Source: Gemmatimonadota bacterium
Lineage (GTDB): Bacteria > Latescibacterota > UBA2968 > UBA8231
Direction of reading: 5' to 3'
DNA: 12,283 bases
NCBI GenBank assembly: GCA_038128265.1
Contig: JAYPJE010000093.1
Span: 1-12,283 of the forward strand
The position numbers and the translations under genes were made by a program. The notes beneath the pieces are model-generated. The model was not told where the DNA came from and ran no database searches. It saw only the letters and a program-made list of their open reading frames with translations. Position 1 is the stretch's first letter. Each line of letters opens with the position of its first letter. This document shows positions 1 to 8,370 of the stretch, piece by piece.

Positions 1-21
1 TGGGCGCGGGAGGCAATTGAT

Positions 22-180
22 ATGACGGGTTGGCAAACGGCGTGGACCGGGATCTTTGGTATAGCGGTCTTTCTGTTTTTTCTGGTGGAAGTCGTGGTCG
101 TCGTTGGCGGAGCGCGCGATATCGGCGATATGATGCGCTCGCTGATGCAGCAGGCCGACGCGGAGAGCGAGGGCGACTGA
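22..180 (+). CDS. Small (52 aa) single-pass membrane protein, not in the supplied ORF track
   Basis: ATG at 22 after GGAGG (9-13). Translates as MTGWQTAWTGIFGIAVFLFFLVEVVVVVGGARDIGDMMRSLMQQADAESEGD*, with one long hydrophobic segment. TGA ends at 180, 3 nt before the next ATG. A TGA at 18-20 in another frame may end an upstream gene. The frame is also open from position 1, so this could be the tail of a longer gene. Confidence 0.75.
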   Translation: MTGWQTAWTGIFGIAVFLFFLVEVVVVVGGARDIGDMMRSLMQQADAESEGD

Positions 181-183
181 ACG

Positions 184-912
184 ATGCGCGTACTGCTAAC
201 GGGTGCGGCCGGCTTTGTCGGCCGCGTTGCCCTCGACCAGCTGAGGGAGCGTCACGAGGTCACGCCGTTTGATGTGCGTCCGGTTGAAGGGTGCGACGAC
301 GCCCTCGTCGGCGACGTGCTCGACTACGACGCGGTCAGCGCGGCAATGGAAGGGTGCGATGCGGTGGTCAACACCATCATGGCGCCCAACCCATCCTACG
401 GCGGCAGCGGTCCTGGCTTTACTATCAACGTCAGCGGTATGCACAACCTGCTCGAGGCGGCGCGCGCGCACGGTATCAAGCGCTTTGTCCACACCTCGAG
501 CGGCGCGGTGCACACCGGCTACCCGCCGCCGCCGGCCACGCGCCTGACGCACGACCTCTATCCGCTCAAGGCGTCGGGCCCCTACGCGCTGTCCAAGGTG
601 CTGCAGGAAGAGCTAGCGCGCAACGTGCACGAACAGCACGGCCTGTCGATTGCCGCCATTCGCCCGTGGGGCATCATCGACTGCGAGCGCATGGTGACGA
701 CAGATGGTGCTCCCGTTACCGGCTTTTACTTCGGCAGCATCGATCGCCGCGACGTCGCTTCGGCGCTGGTCTGCGCGTTGGAGGCCGACGACATCGGCTA
801 CGAGTGCTTTTACGTCATGGCCACGCCCGGTGGCTACGAGGCCACCGATACGGCGCGCACCGAAGAGCGCTTGGGCTGGAAGCCGCAGTATCCATTTGAC
901 GCCGATTTATAG
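184..912 (+). CDS. NAD(P)-dependent epimerase/dehydratase-family (extended SDR) oxidoreductase
   Basis: N-terminal Rossmann motif TGAAGFVG, acidic residue after beta-2 (FDVRP), HTSS serine, catalytic YxxxK (YALSK), IDRRDVA and C-terminal LGWKP. Confidence 0.92.
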   Translation: MRVLLTGAAGFVGRVALDQLRERHEVTPFDVRPVEGCDDALVGDVLDYDAVSAAMEGCDAVVNTIMAPNPSYGGSGPGFTINVSGMHNLLEAARAHGIKRFVHTSSGAVHTGYPPPPATRLTHDLYPLKASGPYALSKVLQEELARNVHEQHGLSIAAIRPWGIIDCERMVTTDGAPVTGFYFGSIDRRDVASALVCALEADDIGYECFYVMATPGGYEATDTARTEERLGWKPQYPFDADL

Positions 913-913
913 C

Positions 914-942
914 TTGACGCTGCTGCGCGCACAACATACGTT
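914..942 (+). promoter_or_regulatory. Putative sigma70-type promoter for the 1070-2152 gene
   Basis: TTGACG (914-919), 17-nt spacer, TACGTT (937-942). Implies a transcription start near 948-950. Confidence 0.6.
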
Positions 943-949
943 TGGACCA

Positions 950-1069
950 GTGCTCCGGGGGAGCCTCCAGTCTGCGGCAAGGGTATAAACCCACCTTTTG
1001 AAGACGACATAGACCTTCTTTCAGCTCGTTTTAAGCAGACGCCGAGCGCATGTGAAAGAGGGTATTTTT
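950..1069 (+). ncRNA. Putative structured cis-regulatory 5' leader RNA sequestering the RBS
   Basis: Hairpins GCTCC/GGAGC (952-956/960-964) and GGGT-ATAA-ACCC (981-992). Stem ACCTTCTTTCA (1013-1023) with TGAAAGAGGGT (1053-1063) covers the SD. Inner stem GCTCG (1024-1028)/CGAGC (1043-1047). Loop GCAGAC (1035-1040) is complementary to GTCTGC (970-975). Confidence 0.6.
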
Positions 1070-2152
1070 ATGTCTAAGCAACTACCTCCTCAGCCACACC
1101 TCGATTCCCTAAAAAAACAGGCGCGCCAGCTGCTAAACGGCTATCGAGCCGCAGAGCCAGAAGCGCTGCAGCGCGTGGGCGATATGCAGTCCGAACTGCC
1201 GCCTTCGGCGCAGGAGGCGTTTAGCCTGCGTCAAGCGCAGCAAGTCATTGCCCGCGAGTATGGCTTTAGCTCTTGGCAGCAGTTGGCTGCATTCGTAGGT
1301 CAGCCGATCGACGAGCGCCGAGACAAATCTGCCTATCTCGAATACTTTGTGCGCATGGCAATCAAGCTAATGGACGATCTGGGCGATGAGAATAAGACCT
1401 ATGTGCTCGATAGGATTCAGCAGGCCCTTCCTCAATACGCAGGGTGTACGCGTCAAGAGGTGGGCGAGGCGCTGTCGCTGCAGGAGGCGCAATTGGTCGT
1501 AGCGCGCCTGTACGAATGCGATAGCTGGGAGGCGTTTGCGGCAACGGTGAAACAGTACAAGCACAGCGACGGCCCGCTGATGGATGGACAACAGCTGCGC
1601 GGCCTGGAGGCTCTGCACGGCGAATTTGCGTCCGCCCTAGCCGCCAACTTCAGCTCTAATGCTGCTGCGGCACAGCGCGTAGACGTGGGCATGGCCTTTG
1701 TCGACCAGACGACATACGGCGAATTCGTCCGTTCAATAGCGGGCCCCACCTGCGGCTTTGTCGTGGAAATGGACGGTCTGAATGGTCCCATCGTCGGAGA
1801 CATCGCCCTGCCCGTGGCGCGCGGCCTGCTGGGCTCCGGGCTGGAGGATTCCAGTCTAGCGGCGGGAGAAATGCAGCGCATGCAGCGCATTGCCGAGCAC
1901 ATTGCACGCGACGTCAAAAACGCATGGATACCGTTTATAGACGTAGCGGTGCGCACCGTGCAGATGCATACTGACCCGCGCGCGCCGCGCGCCGTGCCGC
2001 TGCACGAGATCGTCGGTCTACTTGCCTTCGAGGCCAACGGCACAGGGCCGGAAGCGCCTTTCTGCGGTCTGGTCAGCCTGTGCTATCCGGCGTCGCTGCT
2101 CGAAGCATTTTTGCCTGACCTGAGCGAACTGGCGGAGAATCGAGCGACGTAG
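1070..2152 (+). CDS. Fusion protein (360 aa): two N-terminal helical repeats (LKKQAR...AQxxIAREYGFxSW type) plus a FliM middle (CheC-like) domain
   Basis: ATG at 1070 with GAGGG SD (1058-1062) is preferred over GTG at 1052. Repeats at about aa 5-76 and 89-160. The C-terminal half has QLRGLEALHGEFA, VDQTTYGEFVRSIAGPT, AWIPF, HTDP...VPLHEIV and GLVSLCYPASLLEAFL, collinear with FliM blocks (lH.nFAr, vdQ.tY.EFi.Sip.Pt, aW.p, EtnP...vpp.E.v, G.mniciP...lEp). Confidence 0.8.
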   Translation: MSKQLPPQPHLDSLKKQARQLLNGYRAAEPEALQRVGDMQSELPPSAQEAFSLRQAQQVIAREYGFSSWQQLAAFVGQPIDERRDKSAYLEYFVRMAIKLMDDLGDENKTYVLDRIQQALPQYAGCTRQEVGEALSLQEAQLVVARLYECDSWEAFAATVKQYKHSDGPLMDGQQLRGLEALHGEFASALAANFSSNAAAAQRVDVGMAFVDQTTYGEFVRSIAGPTCGFVVEMDGLNGPIVGDIALPVARGLLGSGLEDSSLAAGEMQRMQRIAEHIARDVKNAWIPFIDVAVRTVQMHTDPRAPRAVPLHEIVGLLAFEANGTGPEAPFCGLVSLCYPASLLEAFLPDLSELAENRAT

Positions 2153-2176
2153 TACACTGTGCACAGCCGGGGCAAC

Positions 2177-2210
2177 GAGCGTCTCCGCCAGCGCGGGGGC
2201 GCTCTTTTTT
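2177..2210 (+). terminator. Rho-independent terminator
   Basis: 12-bp stem GAGCGTCTCCGC (2177-2188)/GCGGGGGCGCTC (2193-2204) with two G-U pairs, CAGC loop, then T6 (2205-2210). Begins 24 nt after the stop at 2152. Confidence 0.85.
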
Positions 2211-2237
2211 GGCATCCTCTGGTGCGAAGCGTATGTT
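2209..2237 (+). promoter_or_regulatory. Putative sigma70-type promoter of the hydrolase/Asp-box/sulfotransferase operon
   Basis: TTGGCA (2209-2214), 17-nt spacer, TATGTT (2232-2237). GGAG SD at 2261-2264. Confidence 0.45.
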
Positions 2238-2270
2238 TACCCGAATTCACGTTGCCAGGCTGGAGCCTGT

Positions 2271-3551
2271 ATGCAAGCACAGCGCAAAAAAATAGACGCC
2301 CTCTTTTCTCGCTACGACAGGGAGAACTCGCCCGGCTGTGCGCTGGCCGTCATCGACGGCGGTCAGGTCGCCTACGCGCGCGGCTATGGTATGGCCGATA
2401 TCGAACGGGGCAAAGGGATCACGCCGCAGTCGGCCTTTTACATCGCTTCGGTTTCCAAGCAGTTCACCTGCGCCTGCATGGTCTTGCTGGCCCAGCGCGG
2501 TGCGATTTCGCTGGACGACGACATTCGCCGCTACGTGCCCGAGCTGCCCGCCTACGGCGCGTCGATTACCATTCGCCACCTGATCCACCACACGAGCGGG
2601 CTGCGCGACAACCTCGACCTGTGGGCAGCGGCTGGCCGCTCGTTTGTGAAACCGTTTGACAACGAAGATTGCATGGCTCTGGTGCGCACGCAGCGCGGCG
2701 TCAACTTTGCGCCGGGGGAAAAACACCTCTACTGCAATACCGGCTACAAGCTGATGGCCGAACTGGTACCGCGCGTGACGGGACAGAGTCTGCGGCAGTT
2801 TGCCGAGGCCGAAATCTTCCGACCGCTGGGCATGCGGCATACGTTTTTTGACGATAGCAACGAAAAGATTGCGCGCCGCGTCGTTAGCTACCGAGAGCGC
2901 GAGGGAAAATTCCTGCCGCAGGAAAAGGCCTTTACTATTGTCGGCAGCGGCGGATTGGTGACGACTGTAGAAGATCTCTTTCTGTGGGATCAAAACTTCT
3001 ACCACTGCACCGTCGGTGGCACTAAGCTCGTCGAGCAAATGCAGGAGCGCGGTCGGCTTAACGACGGCACGCTGCTCGACTACGCCTTTGGCCTGAGCCA
3101 CGGCGTGCGCAACGGCCTGCCGACCATTGGCCACGGTGGCGTTATGCTCGGTTTCCGCACCCACCTGCTGCGCTTTCCATCGATTGGCTTTAGCGTCGTG
3201 GTGTTGGGCAATGTCGATACCTTTGACGCGTATGCTAGCGCGCGGCAGGTCGCCGATATCTGCCTGGCAGATCGCTATCCGCTGGCCCAGTTTACCGGTG
3301 CTTTTCGCTGCGACGAGCTCGATAAGACGTGCAGTATATACGCGCGCGCCGGTGCACTCGTTACCTACTTAACTGGCGAACGATTGCAGCTGGAAAGCGC
3401 GGGTGTCGATTGCTTTGGCGGCAGCGGATTTACCGTTGCCTTTCGCCGCCGCGCTGGGCGCGTAGACGGCTTTGTTCTCAGCACGGATCGCGCGCAGGGC
3501 ATGGTGTTCCATCGCGTCGCCGCTCGCCGCCGGCGTGCCGCGAGGAGATAA
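2271..3551 (+). CDS. Serine hydrolase, beta-lactamase class C / D-aminopeptidase-like (peptidase S12) family, with a C-terminal beta domain
   Basis: SPGCALAV, FYIASVSKQFT (SxxK), LIHHTSGL, FAPGEKHLYCNTGY (YxN), IFRPLGM, GSGGLVTT and IGHGG. No N-terminal signal peptide. Confidence 0.92.
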   Translation: MQAQRKKIDALFSRYDRENSPGCALAVIDGGQVAYARGYGMADIERGKGITPQSAFYIASVSKQFTCACMVLLAQRGAISLDDDIRRYVPELPAYGASITIRHLIHHTSGLRDNLDLWAAAGRSFVKPFDNEDCMALVRTQRGVNFAPGEKHLYCNTGYKLMAELVPRVTGQSLRQFAEAEIFRPLGMRHTFFDDSNEKIARRVVSYREREGKFLPQEKAFTIVGSGGLVTTVEDLFLWDQNFYHCTVGGTKLVEQMQERGRLNDGTLLDYAFGLSHGVRNGLPTIGHGGVMLGFRTHLLRFPSIGFSVVVLGNVDTFDAYASARQVADICLADRYPLAQFTGAFRCDELDKTCSIYARAGALVTYLTGERLQLESAGVDCFGGSGFTVAFRRRAGRVDGFVLSTDRAQGMVFHRVAARRRRAARR

Positions 3552-3553
3552 AC

Positions 3554-4627
3554 ATGTCGACTGTGCGCAGAGACTTTTCCATACCGCTGGTCGATCTGGC
3601 CGGCGAGGTTGACCGCCAGGTCATCGTCGACCGCGAAGAGGGCCAGTACTTGGGCCATCCGACGACGGCGCTGCTGGACGACGGCCAGACGATGATAGTC
3701 GTCTACCCCAAAGGCCACGGGCGCGGTGCGGTGGTCATGAAAAAGAGCTACGACGGCGGCTTGACGTGGAGCGAGCGGCTAGGCGTGCCGGACAATTGGT
3801 CTACCTCGCAGGAGGTGCCGACGCTCTATCGCACGGTCGATGCGCGCGGGCAAAAGCGCATCGTGATGTTTTCTGGACTCTATCCGATACGCATGGCCTA
3901 CAGCGAAGACGAGGGCGAGACGTGGTCTCCGCTCGAGCCGATTGGCGACTACGGCGGCATCGTGGCCATGGCCGATGTGGCGCGCCTGCGCGATGGACGC
4001 TATATGGCGCTCTTTCACGACGATGGCCGCTTTTTGCGCAACGGCGGTCAGCAGACAAACGTCTTTGAGGTATATGCGGTGTATTCCGACGACGGCGGTC
4101 TGCACTGGGGCGAACCGCAGTTCGTAACCGCGCATCCGCAGGCGCATCTGTGCGAACCGGGCATCGTGCGCTCGCCCGATGGCCGTCAGCTGTGCATGCT
4201 GCTGCGCGAAAACAGCCGCCAGTTTAACGCCATGGTCATTTTTTCCGACGACGAGGGGCATAGCTGGTCGACCCCGCGCCAACTGCCCGGCGCACTCACT
4301 GGAGACCGTCACCAGGCAATCTACGCACCCGATGGCCGGCTGATTATTTCTTTCCGCGATATGGCACACGAGACGCCGACGTGGGGTGATTGGGTTGGCT
4401 GGGTCGGCACCTACGACGATCTAGTCAACGGGAATGAAGGACAGTACCGCGTGCGTTTTATGGACAATCTCAAAGATGCCGACTGTGCCTACCCGGCGCT
4501 GGAACGGCTGCCGGATGGCACCATTGTAACGACGACCTACGGACACTGGCAAGAGGGAGAGGCGCCCTACATCGCCAGCGTGCGCTTCACCCTAGATGAG
4601 TTAGATGCCAACGCAAAGGAACGGTAA
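3554..4627 (+). CDS. BNR/Asp-box repeat sialidase-like beta-propeller protein
   Basis: ATG at 3554 after GAGGAG (3542-3547). Four Asp boxes: SYDGGLTWS, SEDEGETWS, SDDGGLHWG, SDDEGHSWS. Also LCEP, LLREN and DCAYP motifs. Confidence 0.88.
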   Translation: MSTVRRDFSIPLVDLAGEVDRQVIVDREEGQYLGHPTTALLDDGQTMIVVYPKGHGRGAVVMKKSYDGGLTWSERLGVPDNWSTSQEVPTLYRTVDARGQKRIVMFSGLYPIRMAYSEDEGETWSPLEPIGDYGGIVAMADVARLRDGRYMALFHDDGRFLRNGGQQTNVFEVYAVYSDDGGLHWGEPQFVTAHPQAHLCEPGIVRSPDGRQLCMLLRENSRQFNAMVIFSDDEGHSWSTPRQLPGALTGDRHQAIYAPDGRLIISFRDMAHETPTWGDWVGWVGTYDDLVNGNEGQYRVRFMDNLKDADCAYPALERLPDGTIVTTTYGHWQEGEAPYIASVRFTLDELDANAKER

Positions 4628-4636
4628 AACACCGCC

Positions 4637-5356
4637 ATGTCTCTGATTACGGTTATTGGCCGCGGCCACTCCGGCACGCGCGCTATCTCGCACACGCTCT
4701 ACGCCAGCGGCGTCTTTATGGGCAACTGCCTCAATCGCTCGGGCGACAAGATTCCGCCACAAAAGCTTTACGACGCCTGCCGCGTAATGGCTAAATACGT
4801 CGAGTGGAAGGGCGGCCTGGAGTGGAATTTTGAGCCGCTGCACACCATGGATATCGATCCGGAATTCACCGACTTGGTCAACGAGTATTTAGACGACGTG
4901 CTGCGCGATCGCTCGGAGCACAGGGGCTGGAAGCTGCCGGAGACGACGCTGATCTATCCTTGGATTTTGCGCATGTTTCCCGACATCAAGTACATCCACT
5001 GGATTCGCGATCCGCGCGATAGTATTATCGGCGGACATAAAACAGATGACTTGAGCGACTTCGGTATCGATTATCCGCGCACGGACAATGTGCGCCAGCG
5101 CCGCGCTATTTCGTGGAAGTACCAGTACGAGCTAATGAAGGCCACGCCCAAGCCGGCTCACTGCATCCACGTGCGCTTTGAGGACTTTGTGCTCAAGCAA
5201 GAGGAGACGCTGTCCCGACTCGAAGCCTTTCTCGGCTTTCCACTGGGACGCATCATCGTGCGCACGGATTCAATTGGCCGCTGGAAGACAGACGCGGAGC
5301 AGCACACCTTTGACTTTTTCCGCGACGCGATGGACGAGAGCGGCTACGCAGAATAA
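4637..5356 (+). CDS. PAPS-dependent sulfotransferase family protein
   Basis: 5'-PSB-like loop IGRGHSGTR, GWKLP, 3'-PB motif IRDPRD, VRFEDFV...LEAFLG and IGRWK. Confidence 0.88.
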   Translation: MSLITVIGRGHSGTRAISHTLYASGVFMGNCLNRSGDKIPPQKLYDACRVMAKYVEWKGGLEWNFEPLHTMDIDPEFTDLVNEYLDDVLRDRSEHRGWKLPETTLIYPWILRMFPDIKYIHWIRDPRDSIIGGHKTDDLSDFGIDYPRTDNVRQRRAISWKYQYELMKATPKPAHCIHVRFEDFVLKQEETLSRLEAFLGFPLGRIIVRTDSIGRWKTDAEQHTFDFFRDAMDESGYAE

Positions 5357-5369
5357 GTTTGGCGAACGC

Positions 5370-7235
<1,866 letters not shown>

Positions 7236-7247
7236 GTCATTCCTATC

Positions 7248-7287
7248 AAAAAAGGGGCTGCGCCGCGTCTGTTCGCGATGCAACCCC
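7248..7287 (-). terminator. Intrinsic terminator-like hairpin inside the typA 5' leader (putative attenuator)
   Basis: Minus-strand RNA GGGGUUGC-AUCGCG-AACAGA-CGCGGC-GCAGCCCC-UUUUUU: 8-bp outer stem, inner stem and U6, ending 3 nt before the typA SD. Confidence 0.6.
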
Positions 7288-7374
7288 CCAATGTACCTGG
7301 TCGCCGCACGAGACAACTCTACGCGGCGTTTTTCGCTGTGCGTTTCGTTTGTTGGTGTGTAATGCGCTGCAAAA

Positions 7375-7403
7375 AATGTAGGCGAGGACGAGAAAATCAG
7401 CAA
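7375..7403 (-). promoter_or_regulatory. Putative sigma70-type promoter of typA
   Basis: Minus strand TTGCTG (7403-7398), 17-nt spacer, TACATT (7380-7375). Implies a leader of about 130 nt. Confidence 0.55.
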
Positions 7404-7406
7404 GAC

Positions 7407-7436
7407 TTGCCCACAGCTCCATAGCTCGTCTATACT
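7407..7436 (+). promoter_or_regulatory. Putative sigma70-type promoter of the creatininase-family gene
   Basis: TTGCCC (7407-7412), 18-nt spacer, TATACT (7431-7436). Strong GAGGAGGAG SD before the ATG at 7495. Confidence 0.55.
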
Positions 7437-7494
7437 AAGGCTCGATCGCATCCGACCACTAAAAAATAGGCCCGTAACGAGGAGGAGTTATACC

Positions 7495-8298
7495 ATGCGC
7501 TGGGAAAATTTAACCGTGCCTCACTTTGTCGATGCCGTGGAGAAATGCCAGGGTGTTGGCATTGTGCCCATTGGCGTGATCGAGGCTCACGGTAGTCATC
7601 TGCCCTTGGGCACCGATATGTTTGAATCGCATTGGACGGCCTGTCGCGCCGCCGAACGCGAGCCGGCGCTGGTTTTTCCGGCCTACCCCTACGGCATCAA
7701 CCACGAATCGGCGCACCTGCCCGGCGCCATCGTCTTTAAGCGCGAACTGGTCTTTGCGCTGCTGCAAAACGTCTGCGATGAAATGGCGCGCCACGGCGTG
7801 AAGAAGATTATTCTGCTCAGCGGGCACGGCGGTAACCGCTACTTTTTGCCGCTCTTTGTGCAGACGCTCTTAGAAGAAGACCGCGACTACTGCGTGTACT
7901 ATGCCACGCCCAAGGCCGAGGGCACGGAGGGCGTGCTCGAGACGGGGGAAACGGGCCATGCCTGCGAAGCGGAGACCAGCACGAGCCTCTATATCAACGG
8001 CGAATTAGTCGAGATGGACGAGGTGCCCGCCGAGCCCTTTTCCAGCCTCCGACGCAACGCCGAGTTAAAGGAAGCCGGCGCCTATTCGCCGATGGACTGG
8101 TATGCGATGTATCCGCGCATGTATGTCGGCGACGCCAGCAAAGCCACGGCCGAAAAGGGTCAGCAGCTCAACGAAGCGCGCGTCGAGGGTCTCGTGCGCA
8201 TTATCCGCGCCGTTAAAAACGACGAAGTGACAGAAGGCTTAATCGACGAGTTTGTAGGGGGCATTGAAGAGCCGAGCAATCCGTGGCAAGACGCGTGA
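7495..8298 (+). CDS. Creatininase / creatinine amidohydrolase family protein
   Basis: Metal-binding motifs PIGVIEAHGSHLPLGTD, HLPG, GHGGN and GHACEAETS, plus GDASKATAEKG. Confidence 0.93.
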   Translation: MRWENLTVPHFVDAVEKCQGVGIVPIGVIEAHGSHLPLGTDMFESHWTACRAAEREPALVFPAYPYGINHESAHLPGAIVFKRELVFALLQNVCDEMARHGVKKIILLSGHGGNRYFLPLFVQTLLEEDRDYCVYYATPKAEGTEGVLETGETGHACEAETSTSLYINGELVEMDEVPAEPFSSLRRNAELKEAGAYSPMDWYAMYPRMYVGDASKATAEKGQQLNEARVEGLVRIIRAVKNDEVTEGLIDEFVGGIEEPSNPWQDA

Positions 8299-8370
8299 AG
8301 CGCTGGTTTATACCGGCACCCCTTTTACTTATTTTCTGCGCGTGCCCTCTTATTGGTGAAGGAGTCCGAT

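Noticed and set aside
30..272. 80-aa ORF from the track
   Set aside because: TTG start and Arg-rich shadow composition. It overlaps the better-supported 22-180 and 184-912 genes.
1070..2152. Calling this gene fliM
   Set aside because: It lacks the CheY-binding N-terminal peptide and the SpoA domain, has unrelated N-terminal repeats, and has no flagellar neighbours.
2157..2166. Perfect 10-bp palindrome CTGTGCACAG after the stop codon
   Set aside because: Single short occurrence, expected by chance in 12 kb, with no second copy noticed.
2271..3551. Antibiotic-resistance beta-lactamase
   Set aside because: No signal peptide, and HGG rather than KTG in the third motif. This fits a general S12 peptidase/esterase better.
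3329..3553. 75-aa N-terminal extension of the Asp-box protein
   Set aside because: It overlaps the serine hydrolase CDS, and the strong SD supports ATG 3554.
7236..7451. 72-codon in-frame N-terminal extension of TypA
   Set aside because: No TypA-like sequence. It spans the predicted promoters and leader hairpins, and the SD supports ATG 7235.
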